Source: Octopus bimaculoides
Taxonomy: Eukaryota
Assembly (NCBI RefSeq): GCF_001194135.2
Contig: NC_068982.1
Coordinates: 159,173,821-159,237,820 of the forward strand
Direction of reading: 5' to 3'
DNA: 64,000 bases
The translations under genes were made by a program, and so were the position numbers. Positions 27,691-41,477 of the stretch are shown in pieces. The notes beneath the pieces are model-generated. The model was not told the DNA's origin, searched no databases, and saw nothing but the letters and a program-made list of their open reading frames with translations. The number at the start of each line of letters is the position of its first letter. Positions within the stretch are counted from its first letter, which is position 1.

Positions 27691-28445
27691 CAGCATTAGC
27701 TCATTAAATGTCCAAATTAATTTAAGTCTAGAAGACATATATACGTCGTATTTTTGTACTAATCAGAAATAGCATTGTGTCCGATATTGCTCAATTTATT
27801 CACGAATTTAAAAACAAACTTGATATATATTTGTTCATGCATTTTCTTGAGCAGCAACTTCATAACCATATATCTACCAACAATCCTGTCCGTGAGAGTG
27901 TAATATAATAGCTGCAACATGCTGCCTCCAAACCACAAATTGATGGGATATTACACAAAGCATCGGTTGTTCCGCACAACACTAGACATAACGCATGTAA
28001 ACTAATAAACACAGTTGACGATGGACTCTGAATTACATTTTGAATTATGAGATTCAAATTTTTGGATGGGATAGATGAATTTTTTAAGTGGCTGAATGCT
28101 CTATACACAAGTGTACACTTAACCATATTTTACAGTAGAATTATAGAGGCAGAAGTGGGAATAAGGCAACGCATTTGAATCATAGATTCTGATCATTCGA
28201 CGGACTTCTGTACGTTTTCCGCTGAACAATATCACACCTATGTCTACTCAAGTTGCTATGGAGTAGGATCAGATCTAGATCTTACAGATTACGAATAGAA
28301 ATTCTTAATCATTCAGGTAACATAACAGTCACTTTCGCTCTATAAATCCTGACTGCTTAGTGTGCATCGTATAATATATTGGTGCAAAACAAAGAGAATT
28401 GATACGTGTTCATTTCTGATATTGTGTTGTTCAATGTATAAATAC

Positions 28446-28512
28446 GGCGTAGTGGTTAAGAGCGCGGGCTACTAACCCCAAGGTTCCGAGTTCGATTCAC
28501 GGCAGCGACCTG
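28446..28512 (+). mobile_element. tRNA-like SINE head followed by a (TAA)n tail
   Basis: ggcgtagtggttaag (A box) ... gagttcgattc (B box), anticodon-like arm gcggg-ctactaa-cccca, no proper acceptor stem, directly followed by (TAA)n. Confidence 0.75.
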
Positions 28513-29682
28513 ATTAATAATAATAATAATAATAATTACGTAATATGTAAAAACTACACTGAAATATATTTCAATTTCCGTATTAATTGTAACAGATAGT
28601 TTAGGCAAATATCTTACCGATACCAAATTTCCTCGATAGTTCGAGAAAGAATATACATGGCGAGAAAATGAAATTACATGAACCACAAAGTATCTGATAG
28701 ATTTAAGTCATTATGTAAGATTGCGTTTTGTAAAAAAAGAAACTATTTTCTTATAACTTAGTAAAATGTAATATTGCTCATAACAGCAATATTACGTTTC
28801 TGTAACACATAAGTAAAATAATTGCCGTTAACAATCTTACAAAATTAGTAGTATCACGAGTATACAAGATGTGTTTCTTTTCGAATGCAAATAACATAAT
28901 TATATACTGTCGCTGAATTTAGAAATATCAGTAGACAATCAAAAATAAACTAATTGATTTGCTTTTGGAAAATATTAATTTTCAAATTAATTTTCGACTG
29001 AGAAGAGTAGAAATATATTCGTAACATTTTTTTAAAAAAAAGCAATTTAATAGAAATTTACTGTTCCTAATACATACATTAATATATGCAAAATAATGGA
29101 TAATTGTCTTGGTAGCTGGAAATAAAATTAAACGGAATAAGAACTCAAAATTAATAAGTATTGCGAGATAGTAAATGTCTGGTATTTTATTTTATCGACT
29201 ACGGTAAGTCGAAGCAAGTTTACCAGAGTGAGAGTTGAACTTAGTAGGTCGGAGGAAATATTACAAGACATGTTGCCCAGCATTCTAAATGTAAAATTTC
29301 CTGATGAATGCACAACACCAGTACTTATGAGGCGCAAGAGCCTTTGTTAATAGCATCGGCTTCAGTTTTGGACTCGAACATTTTTATTGACTCATATTCG
29401 AGACTCGTGCTATTTCTTTTTGTCAGCCAATGAGACATAAATGTCACAGTTGTTTTCAGCGGACTTGTACTCAGAACCTAATGGGCGCGTACAAATAATG
29501 CAAAATTCTTTTCAACTCCTCTAACGATTCTGTTATCACGATTCTTTAAATAGAGGTCCTGATTCGCACACAGTGCTAATTATTTTGTTTGCAAGGAATA
29601 AGTCAATAACATGGACACAACTACTTGGTTGGTACTTTAACGAACCAAGTAGGGTGAATGGCAAAGCTGACATTAGTAGCCC

Positions 29683-29684
<2 letters not shown>

Positions 29685-29748
<64 letters not shown>

Positions 29749-29768
29749 TGATGAAGATGATGATAATG

Positions 29769-29825
<57 letters not shown>

Positions 29826-30050
29826 TTGCACTACTGGGCACTGCACACATCCTACGCAAAACACTTTCAATACAGTAACAATAAGAGCATCACAACAAAC
29901 CACAGCATATACCCAAGGCACACAGAGCTGCGCTCGGCAGTGAAGTCAAAGCACGTTATAAAAATAAAACTACTGAACAATAATAATAATAATAATAATA
30001 TTGATGATGATGATGATGACGACGACGACGACGACGATTACGATGATGTT
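29685..30050 (+). repeat. Compound (TAA)n/(GAT)n/(GAC)n microsatellite split by a retrotransposon 3' end
   Basis: Seen directly. Confidence 0.95.
29822..29978 (+). mobile_element. 5'-truncated R4/Dong-like (REL endonuclease) non-LTR retrotransposon 3' end in (TAA)n
   Basis: Encodes KIALLGTAHILRKTLSIQ* (stop ends 29878), a typical REL-clade C-terminus, then about 100 bp UTR ending aataaaactactgaac. (TAA)n lies on both sides. Confidence 0.85.
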
Positions 30051-30992
30051 TATGAGAAAAAGCAACAAATAACTTTATTTTTTTCAATACACACATACGC
30101 ATTTGTACATGTGCTTATACGCACACTTCTGTGACTGCGACTCGGTTAACATTAAATTTTATCATCTGCTCTATGGCAATCTGCCTCGTTCCTATAGATT
30201 TGAAGTTAATTATTATTTATTATAATTTCACATAATTTTATGTAAATATATCGATTTATTATAATTTTCTATAATTTCACGAATGTATATCGAACCATAT
30301 ACAACCGAAGATAGAAAAATGTAGAAAAATTAAAATGGAAAGAAGCCAAAGACTCGTTTGTTTTTAAATAAATTATTTGTTCGAATTTGAAAGAAGAAGA
30401 TCATATAATTCAAAGCTTTAGAAGAGAAATTATCTCACATCTGCAACTGAGCTATTTGCGTGAGAATTCATATTTCCTACATTTCAGATATGAATATGAT
30501 ATTTCCTTCTGCAGCTTAACATACGTAATTACTTTATAGTATTTAACCTTGCCCCTCTTAAATCTGATTTGAAATGCTACCGCGGTCGACATTATTTTTA
30601 TCTTTCAGTAATAAAATTTGATCGATTGAATTATGAAGAGCCTTCCTACGGATATTGATTATTAATTTTTTAATTTTCTTTCTTTTTGCGTTGGCAAAAA
30701 GCCATTGATTCTTGGGGAAAGGCTAGTGAAGGAATTAGATCGATATATATTTGAATCCTTTCTCTTCGTTTTGTTGGTTTCAATCTTTAGAATATGGTCA
30801 TGAAGAGTTACAGATTTCAAAGGTTATTCAACTATTTATATAGAAAAGACATCATTTTGCGTCGTGTATATTTAATTTTTCCGCTAACATAAAAAATACA
30901 AAATGGATGTTAGTGAAAGGAAAGGTAACCAAACAAATACGCAGCATGATGTTTTAAGTCATGAAAGATTAGCACCTACGCACATAGTCTTT

Positions 30993-31082
<90 letters not shown>

Positions 31083-31261
31083 TGAAAGATATGGAGTCCA
31101 ACATAAAGAAGACAGTTTGACATTTATTTTCAGTCACTACAATTATTCTCCAGGCGTGCAGGTGCTTGATTATGCAACCATTTCTCTACATTACAAGATC
31201 TTGTGTTTCCTCAGGTAATATGTAAATATTGTATCGGTAAATTCAAGTTGTCGGTTCGCTC

Positions 31262-31563
31262 AAAAGGTCCTTGTATAAGAGTTGTTTAAAGATGTTGAAC
31301 GAAACACCAATGGTTCTAGAGGAGATTTATTAAAACTCCAAAGAGTTCCTCTCAAAACATGGCTATGATACTCTCTGCTAATTCTGCTCCTGATCAGAGA
31401 TGCACATATCATTAGCGACCAAAATACATGCTCAACTGGTTAAGGTCAAACAGCTGAGAAGCAAATCTGTGATATTGAGCAGAAGGTTTGCTGTAGCCCA
31501 TCTTTTATACCAAGACAGAACAATCCACATGATAACACTTCCAATCGGTTAAGATCAGGGCAT
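31262..31563 (-). mobile_element. Interspersed repeat fragment abutting a long (TAA)n array, possibly the UTR or a non-autonomous part of a TAA-associated element
   Basis: Balanced-composition block ending sharply at the (TTA)n array (gatcagggcatttattatt). No protein motif identified. Confidence 0.4.
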
Positions 31564-31753
<190 letters not shown>

Positions 31754-32111
31754 CCAGTTTAAAAATATTAAAGTTCAAAATTAACATTTGATATTTAAAC
31801 AATTCTTCCACTTTTCAAATAGAAAAAATAAAATGTACATAAACAACAGAGAATTCTGCTATAGGCCTTACAATATCCCTCCCAGATTGCTAGGTTTACT
31901 ATACTCTCTTTGAAATTTTCCCGAAACATTATATGGCTAGTATCCAATTTATATAAGGAAATAAATCTACCAGCTATTTCATTCACCTTCTCAGTTTTTC
32001 TTATGTTGTATGCTGCACTTCTAAACTAGTCTTGCAAATATTCATATAATCTATCTAGCTAGCTAGCTAATTAGCTAAGTACCTACCTGCCTACCTACCT
32101 ACCTACCTACA

Positions 32112-32199
32112 TTCATACATACATACATACATACATACATACATACATACATACGTACATACATACAGACATACATACATATATACATACATACGTACG

Positions 32200-32233
<34 letters not shown>

Positions 32234-32252
32234 CATACATACATACATACAT
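32112..32252 (+). repeat. (CATA)n tetranucleotide microsatellite preceded by (CCTA)n
   Basis: Seen directly. Confidence 0.95.
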
Positions 32253-32619
32253 ATCTACCTCTCTATTGCTCGCATCTAATCACAATCAAGTATATAGTCT
32301 TCGAAATGTTAAAATCACTAAGTGTCAGCCAAATTTCTGGCGATAAATTACGCCGCGACAGTCTCAATTGAAACGATAAATTTCTTGACAGTGCATTAGT
32401 TATATGCATTTAGTATAGCGTGACCAAATGCTTTGCAGTAGTTTCAGGGCGTTTACAGGTGAGTACCCTAAATACCTGTGTATTTCTGATGAATTTGACA
32501 GTATCTAGTCAATCATAAGTAGTCGCCTACGAAATATATGAAGTGAAACAACAGGAGGCAACAATTATTTCTTTTTTCTTACTGTGCCATGGAGCAAGTA
32601 AGGAACTTGATTAAAAGTA

Positions 32620-33104
32620 CAGGATGTCCCAGAACTATTTATTTCAGCGAAATCGGACGTTTTCTTTAAAACTCACTTTTATTTAAGTTCATAATTTTTT
32701 ATGAGATTTTTTTTTCATAATTTTACAATATTTATACTTTTATTTATAATTTGGTTTTCATTCCTGTTCGATCCGGCTTATGTTTTTAATTTGGCTGCAA
32801 TCATTTTCTCTATATTATTCCCCAGAATGGAGCGAGAGTTTAACTGAACTTAAAGAACATATTCAGATTGCAGTGCTGAAGATAGGTCCTGAAATGCTTC
32901 AAAATGTGTTTTATAGATTTAAAATTTACAAGGAGACAGACGGAGCGCATGTTGAAAATGTCCAATAATGTTTTGATGTTAGATTTATTAATCAATTGAC
33001 TCTGGTATCATAATTAAATAATAAACGAAAAATTCTGTGAATTATCTTTTTTAAAATTTGTCCTATTTCATTGAAATAAATATTTAAATTTCTGGGACAC
33101 CCTG
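32620..33104 (+). mobile_element. Internally deleted Tc1/mariner element with both TIRs
   Basis: Left TA|caggatgtcccagaactatttatttcagcgaaatcggac; right gtcctatttcattgaaataaata...ttctgggacaccctg|CA (inverted match, TA target with one change). Internal remnant SLTELKEHIQIAVLKIGPEMLQNVF...DGAHVENVQ* resembles a transposase C-terminus. Confidence 0.9.
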
Positions 33105-33284
33105 CATTTCTGCGAAATGTCCACTTGGCAAAGTTACCTTACAGGCAATTTATGAATTCAAAGCTAGACTACAATTGAATTGATAAGGTATGCTGTATGT
33201 GCTATGAAATCAGGCACAATTGCCTGCAAAGTAAAGTTCTTTACTCGGCCGCTGAGTCACTTAACTGGCTTCTCAGCCATAGGA

Positions 33285-33465
33285 AATATGGTTTCAAAGT
33301 TTGGCACAAGGCCAGAAACTTCAGGGCTGGAATACTGTTGATTGCATCAACCACACTGATCAACTGGTACTTTTTTATCAACCGTGAAAGGATGAAAAGT
33401 AAAGTCTATCCCAGGGAAATGTGAACTCAGTCCGTAGACACGGACGGAATGCCGTTCTCAGCCAC
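33285..33465 (-). mobile_element. SINE family A (minus strand)
   Basis: ggtttcaaagtttggcacaaggccagaaac...caactggtacttttttatcaaccgtgaaaggatgaaaagtaaagtc is the reverse complement of the family A core and tail. Confidence 0.8.
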
Positions 33466-34212
33466 ATATATGTACATATGTGTGTATATATAAACATGTA
33501 TATGTATGCATGGGTCGGTTGTGTGTGTTGTTTTCCTTTGTGTATGTGTGTGTGTATTGTAAGCAAACAACACGCAGTAATTATTTTCAGTGTTTAATGA
33601 GGAATTTTTTTTTTATATGAAGTTAACCCGAGTGCAATATAAACTAAAGTAAATTCATGTACAGTAAAAGGCGTCTGTATCTAATTACTACAACACGTCT
33701 ATTCCAAATCTTTACTCTTTTTACAATGGAGTATTTTTCTTTTCTTCCTACAAATATTGATTTAGTGCCAAAATACACAGTTAATAATTTATGATTGAAA
33801 ACGGCAGACAAATCAACAAGGTAAACTTCTTTAAAACTAATATTTAACGTCAATATTTCGTTTTGAAGATATTTCAAATGACAAAATAATTTCTCTATGA
33901 AATAAAGAGATTTCAATAATCGGAATTCACCTGTACTCAGAACACGCGAAATAATTTAGCGCCTTTGTTTTGGTTTGGGTTTTGGTAATTTGTTAACTTT
34001 TCTGTGGACGGAGATATTTGGGCTCCTTCCAAATACATTATTGGCAAACACATGGAAAATTAGCATTTCTTTGATCACTACATTTGTAATATCCGAAGAA
34101 TGTATACATATATGCATACATATATACATACGTATATGCATACATTAATAGATTCGTACATACTTGCATATAAATACGCATACACACACAAATATATATA
34201 CAAATTATATAT

Positions 34213-34260
<48 letters not shown>

Positions 34261-37011
34261 ATATATATATATANNNNNNNNNNNNNNNNNNNNNNNNNNN
34301 NNNNNNNNNNNNNNNNNNNNNNNNNNNNNNNNNNNNNNNNNNNNNNNNNNNNNNNNNNNNNNNNNNNNNNNNNNNNNNNNNNNNNNNNNNNNNNNNNNNN
34401 NNNNNNNNNNNNNNNNNNNNNNNNNNNNNNNNNNNNNNNNNNNNNNNNNNNNNNNNNNNNNNNNNNNNNNNNNNNNNNNNNNNNNNNNNNNNNNNNNNNN
34501 NNNNNNNNNNNNNNNNNNNNNNNNNNNNNNNNNNNNNNNNNNNNNNNNNNNNNNNNNNNNNNNNNNNNNNNNNNNNNNNNNNNNNNNNNNNNNNNNNNNN
34601 NNNNNNNNNNNNNNNNNNNNNNNNNNNNNNNNNNNNNNNNNNNNNNNNNNNNNNNNNNNNNNNNNNNNNNNNNNNNNNNNNNNNNNNNNNNNNNNNNNNN
34701 NNNNNNNNNNNNNNNNNNNNNNNNNNNNNNNNNNNNNNNNNNNNNNNNNNNNNNNNNNNNNNNNNNNNNNNNNNNNNNNNNNNNNNNATATATATATATA
34801 TACACATAAGTGTGAGTGTGTGTATATTTGTTCTGGAGAATATTTAATGCGGGTTGCTCAATGTGTGAGTAACATGAAACATCTTTCATGTTGTCTGTCA
34901 ATTTATGGCTTACGCTAGCAATCATCGTACAGTGGAACACAAAACCCAAATACCTTTTACTGTTACTGCTTTCTCTATTATTATTTTTATACATTAATTT
35001 TGCATACTATATTATTGTAGTTCTTGCATTTGTCAAGAAACCTATCTGCAATAGCAGCTTCAAATGCTCAACTAAAACTGCTGGCGGACCTTCTGCAACT
35101 TTCTGAATGATAATTTCATAACATCTTATATTAGTTGTCATATCACTAAGTTTCTATAACAAAAAGTATACTGTTTCCACTGCGCCTTCAAAATATTCCA
35201 CTTCCAATTAATACATTAAATTATGTGATGTGTGTGCATCATACGTCGCACTTCAGTTCAAATCACATAAGCAGAAATATCTGGACTGAATTTGCAGTAT
35301 AATGTTTAATATTTAATTGTCAAACCTTCAAGCAGTAATCGGTTTATTCAGCATTTTAGTTTTATCACATTGTTGCTCTCCACGTACTATGCCTGATATT
35401 TTACAACTTCCAATTTGCTCGCCTTTTTCTTCCTCTCCCTCCCCAGAACTTGACAATGTCTACACCATCCAACTCTGCTTCATTTTGCCAACCTACGTCT
35501 TTAATATGTAGGAACTTCCTGAGTGCCTTGGATATTTCTAACAGTACGTGAACATATTACGAAATTGATATTCTTACTTTTTACTAAAAGGTTTAACTAA
35601 CTAGTCATTTTAACACCGCGTATATTCTTAGTCTATTTTGAAGCATTTGGATGGAATTACCCTATCCCATGTTTTTCTTTTGCGGTTCTTGTTCCCATCG
35701 GCATAAATATCTTCGAACCGGACATAAATGATACAAATCTCAAATGCATGGCCTGAAAAGTTGATCAGTATTTTTCATCCATACAGTAATTTTACAGCCA
35801 CATTCATGAGACTGCAGGATTTAACTGATAATAGAAATGATTGGGGGGGGGGGTTTAACGTGGATGTGTGCAGCGACAAAATTGAATATATATCTTTTAA
35901 GCCTGTGTCATCTTCTTCGTTGTTTTTAAATTTTCAAGTACCTGATACGCTACTGCTGCGTGCAGAATTAAGTATTATAATTTTGAAGGTGATAGTGTGG
36001 GATTTAGGAAATATTTGATTGCTATTTCTAGCTGGTCACTCGGCTATGTAATTCAGAACTTCACTAAAACAGACCTGAATTTTGCTCAGAAACAAAATCT
36101 ACAAATTTGCTTGAGATTTGAAGTCAGAATGAATATTCATGCTACAAAATCCTTATGAACAAGTATACTCTAAATATATTCATCACTGCAATCCCACGCC
36201 TGTAAAATATGTTAATACATGTAGTACCTTGTGTCATTGATCCTTTCATTTTTTTAAAAAATATTTATCATTAACTTTCAGTTTAATTTCTTTCTTGCTA
36301 TTTAACAGAATAATCGAATGTCACGTACAATATACTATCACCACAAGCACTTCATGTGTTACATTGAAGAAAAAAATGCAATTCACGTTTTTTGGCAATT
36401 GATTTGTTTATATATTTATTGGGCTATTTTTTATAAATAACGAATTCTGTTTCAAATCATCCCCCTAAAGTAGATTGTTCCTAGTTTGGTGCATGAATTT
36501 TTTTTCAAAAATAAATAATTTCTAAATGTTTATTTTCCTTTATTTCCTCCATCAATCCAAATTATATTCGTTTAACAAATTTGTAAACACATAAGATAAA
36601 AGTGCCTCCAGTGAAATGTATAATTGTTTACAAAAGATTAGTTCTTTATTTTGCATTATGCCATTTTTTTTCTCTATCGTTGTATGTATGTATCTATTTT
36701 CGTTTACGCTCGTCTTTCGCTCACAACACATATTAGGCTGCCATGTCAGTTGTAGTAATGCATTTTATGGAACTTTAACTAACTACACTGCAGCAGAAAC
36801 ATCTTTCGCACATAATCTAAACGCACACCACACACGTGCGCACGAATATATACACACATTCAGGCCCTACTCTCACTAACAAATGCAATTATATTTTCAT
36901 AGGAGCATACCTCTATACACATACGTCACAGTAACACATATTTTTCAGACGGTTTAATAAATATCCACTTCTTTCCTCTGATTTTGACTGCCTTGATTAA
37001 AGAGCATTTCT

Positions 37012-37013
37012 AG

Positions 37014-37110
<97 letters not shown>

Positions 37111-37135
37111 CTCTCTCTTTATCTATCTTTCTCTC
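37012..37135 (+). repeat. (CT)n microsatellite
   Basis: Seen directly. Confidence 0.97.
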
Positions 37136-37571
37136 TCTATCTTTCGCCATCTCTCTCCCCTCTCTCTGTCTCTCACACTTCTCTCTCTTCCTCTCTCTCT
37201 GTCTTTCTGTGCATTTTTTCTTTTTTATCTCGTGAAAAACTAGCGTCCTAAATATTGTGACGATTCCACTTTATATGTTCTACGTTAATATCTTATTGGT
37301 TAAATTCTCGCCCTCTAGCATAACCCTGTCTACTGATCACTGTATATAAGTACAAACAATTCCCATTGGTAATAATAAAGTTCCTAAAAGGTAAATGTTT
37401 TCAAATGATTGCAATAATATGCTTCTAGGTCTATCAGTTTCACTAAGAAATGGGTTTGTGTCCAACAATCAGCCTTCGATCTGTCAATCCCAAAAGGATT
37501 TTAACCCAATATTTACCTGCTGTTGTTTATTGCTTTATCTATTTTGAGTTCTATTGTAAACGAATTATATG

Positions 37572-37632
<61 letters not shown>

Positions 37633-38154
37633 TTGCCTTATGTGTGTGTGTATATATATATATATATATCGTTAAATGTTCTCGCCGAAGATGAAACACA
37701 CGCCCCTACATCAACAATATTACCATCACGGGGACCAAGAAATAATATCACATAACACACCACTTCTGTTGCACTTCAGCGAATCTCATGTAATGCATCA
37801 TATGAATATTCTATCTTCTATATTTTTTTTTTCTTTTCAGTCGTCGGACTGCTATCATGCTGGGAGTCCAACTTAAAAGTTTTTGATCCGAAAAATTGAC
37901 AGAGTCATATTTGAGTAATATTTTTCATGCTACGTACTTATTCTACCGATTTTTTTTTTTATCGGACCATTAAGTTGCTAAAGCGCAAATAAAACAACAG
38001 TGGCTGTCAGGCGTTGAGGTGAGAACACACAGATACAAATATACGCATACATACACACATTTATGTGACTGTGTGTATGTGTATCTACGTATATATGTAT
38101 GCATTATGTATGTATCTATGGACGGATGGATGGATGGATGGATGGATATACTAC

Positions 38155-38300
38155 AAGATTCTTTTCGTTTCCTTCAATCAAATCAATTTCCAACCTTTTG
38201 GTCGCCCCGAGGTTATCGGAGAAGACACTTTCCCAAACTACCACGTAGTGGGACTGAACGTTGAACCGTGTGGCTGAGAAGCTAATGTCTTCCACAGAGA
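38155..38300 (-). mobile_element. SINE family B, 5' half (minus strand)
   Basis: gaagacactttcccaa..accacgtagtgggactgaac..gaaccgtgtgg matches the reverse complement of the 43193 head. Confidence 0.75.
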
Positions 38301-40055
38301 CATATATACATGCACACACGCACATATGTATATATCCACACTCATATAAGATTGAATGTGTTACGTGCGTGCTGTTGTGCAAGCATATATATGTGTAGTT
38401 CACAGAGCTGGGCCACCAGTATATAAGGATCGATGTAATTCTTGTTCGTTTACCTAGGATTAAAATACAAATATTTATTTTAATTTTGAAGCACAGTGAA
38501 ATACAGTATCTATGTGCACTTACGAACAAGAATAATGCAATTCTTTTAGAAATGATATCCAGATATAGCAAACACACTCGTTAGTATACTACAACTTCCA
38601 TGAAGTATATCATTTCGATTATCATCTCTTTATCAGCTGGCATTCCATTGAGAGATATGTTTCAACTTGTGAGTAGTTCTCGTCTTTTGTCTCTTCTTTC
38701 CACTTATCCACAAAGGAATTGATATATTGATTTTTAACCACAGGTATTGTATCAAATAGAGTGACCTTCATTCCATTTTCCCAGATCATTTTAAAAAGCT
38801 TATTCTCAGTTTACAATCTCTGTTCTGCCCGACGCCAACTAGTGATTGTTATAAAATTAACTGCATTTCAGTCATTTGTGCCAGGTCTCGAGTATTCGGA
38901 TACCTTATCCTCTCTTTAACATATCACAGAACTTTCTAAATCTTTCATACGCGCTACGTTTCAACCTATGAGTATATCATAAACTAAGGTTATTGACGAA
39001 CTAAGATTTGTTTATACAAAGACTACACATAAAAAGTGATTCATTCGTGGGTTTCACTCTCTAAAACATGAGTTGATATCCGTTCAATACAGATTTTTTT
39101 CTAGTATATATGCAAAGCTGAATATTGCTTCTGTGTTATTCTGTTTCGCAGAAGATTTACTCGTATAACGATGTTTTGCTGAAATTTGAAATTTTGAACG
39201 TATAATCATTAAGTAACTAGTAAAACAAATGAACAAAATTAACGCAATTCCAGGGCCTATTTATATGCTGCAGAATTAGAAGGTGCAAAGAATAAGTAGG
39301 GAAATAATGCAAAGTGTCTCCTGCATTGAACGAACACCAATTATGTGGATGCTCATTTAGACCATATAGTGAACCAAAGCATGATCATGACATAGAATTA
39401 TAGAAGAATGAACCAAAACGTATGAAGAAAGACTGGAAAATATAAACTTTTAACTAGTTTAATTTTTGAGAAAATCAATGGTGATATGCAGTGGAGACAG
39501 GCTGGTATTGTAGCAAGATCGGTAAAAAGTCCTGATACGATTCTGTCTTTCAGTTCTATCTGGCAAAGCATGATTTTACGAGTGCTTGACTACCTTGGAT
39601 GACTGACACATACGGAAGCTTTGAGTGAATAAATACCATTAGGTGTGACCATGTAAAGGAATATCTATACTAAATATGCTTTTTGTATTACAGCAAACCT
39701 CCAAATAATAAGTAATAAATCGCTTTAATGGTAGTTAGTTTAAGAACACAACACATAAAAATTCAGCAAAATTTCAGGAATATATTACACGTAGTAATAA
39801 CAATATTTTATATTGCAACACTGTCAGATGTGTGGTAATAATACATTTTTTATAACTTAAGACTGTCAGAGCAGTAGTAAGTTCCGTATTTCATATCCCA
39901 TGACTGTGAGAAGATTAGTAACCAGACTAATTTATATTCTAACTGTCACATGTATGGTACTAACGATTTTATAACCTAAGACATTCAGATACGGAATGAG
40001 CACTCTGTTAACACTATACTGCCTCCAAAGGGAATAATATGCGCATATCATATAT

Positions 40056-40103
<48 letters not shown>

Positions 40104-40188
40104 CCCAAAATACTTTCCTGGAATATAAAATAAGTCTTCGTCCTGGGATTTATGATATACGCACACACACAAATAAGAACAAGTCATA

Positions 40189-40778
40189 CCATTTATAGCC
40201 ACACACAACCCATGTCATCAGAATATTGTCAACATTGCCGAAGCAAACCTACCAATTATTGCTCAAATTAATGAATTAAAAGATATAATCACAGATCGAG
40301 CTATGGTTCTTAGTAAAAGACTTGAAAATATTATTAAAAACTTGAAATATTATTAACAAAGGCAAAGTTTGACCTTAGCAGTAAAGACCAATCATTCACT
40401 GCATCTAAATGCAATGATAGTCGATGTGGTACATGCCAATTCTTACATACCGGCTAATATAAGAACACAAAAACCGGAAAAATATTCATAGCCGCAAATA
40501 TGAACTGCAAAACCAGAAATGTAATTTACTGCTTCAAATTCCCGAATTGTGAAGAACTATATGCGCGTCAGACTGGAAATATAATATTAGAACGTTGACG
40601 TGTGCGCCGACAGCAAATTAGAGACCCAGATGTCCGTCAGATACCTTTGAGTATCCATCTAGCAACATGTTGGTGGAAAAGATATATATAATATTTCCAT
40701 TACACAGACTACACAGTCCAAGTGAAATCGAGGAAAAATCAAACTTTACTAATAAATTCTAATCCAAGCTAAATAAAC
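40189..40778 (+). mobile_element. Penelope-like element (Neptune-type) linker plus GIY-YIG endonuclease, decayed
   Basis: PFIATHNP...LTKAKF...KCNDSRCGTC...NMNCKTRNVIYCFKFPNCEELYARQTGN..LER*RVRRQQIRDP...LSIHLATC, with a frameshift at a small internal duplication near 40320-40355. Confidence 0.93.
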
Positions 40779-41428
40779 AGTAACAGAGGTGCTATTTATA
40801 CTGCTACAACCATTACCACTACCAACAACAGCAATATTGAAGGTTCCCATGAAGACAATAGCAGGAAAATGCTAGCTACTCAAGAGAAAAGTAAGTAAAA
40901 ATAATTTTATTTAGGATTTAAAGTACTATTACCACATCTACTTCTAGCACCACCACCACCACCACAACGACAACAGTAATAAAAGGGGTGATAATGGTGA
41001 TGATGATAATTGAAATGCAAAAATCCCTGAGAAATGTTAGTTACATTTTTTTAAATATAGCCAAATAATTACTGCTTTGGACAGAGTTAAAATACATGTC
41101 TCTTGACATGTTCAACAAACCGTGATACCTAAATCAAACACCAATCAACTTACGTAATTTAGTAAATGCACACACTAATTATTCAGAATACTGTTTACCA
41201 AACTTAACATTCTGGAGCCGATACAAATGTATTTAAAACACACGTTTGAAAATTCTAAAAACATAACTGTCAGCACTACTATATGAACCTGAAGATGCAT
41301 GAAAGTCCTAGTTCAATCAGAATGTAAATTCAATATTCTATCGTTTCATTATATTATATTACCTTATATTATATTATTACAAGATTGTAAATAAAACGTG
41401 AAAATCAAAGTTGGAATTTCTTTGAGTA

Positions 41429-41477
<49 letters not shown>

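Noticed and set aside
28446-28512. Functional tRNA gene
   Set aside because: No acceptor stem pairing or T-run terminator; better explained as a SINE head.
29573-29878. 101-aa poly-Asn ORF ending in KIALLGTAHILRKTLSIQ
   Set aside because: Chance in-frame read-through from a TAA array into a retrotransposon 3' end; not a gene.
35640-35720. Possible second RTE remnant (NRKRKTWD, like GRPRKTW)
   Set aside because: A single short degenerate motif is not enough to call.
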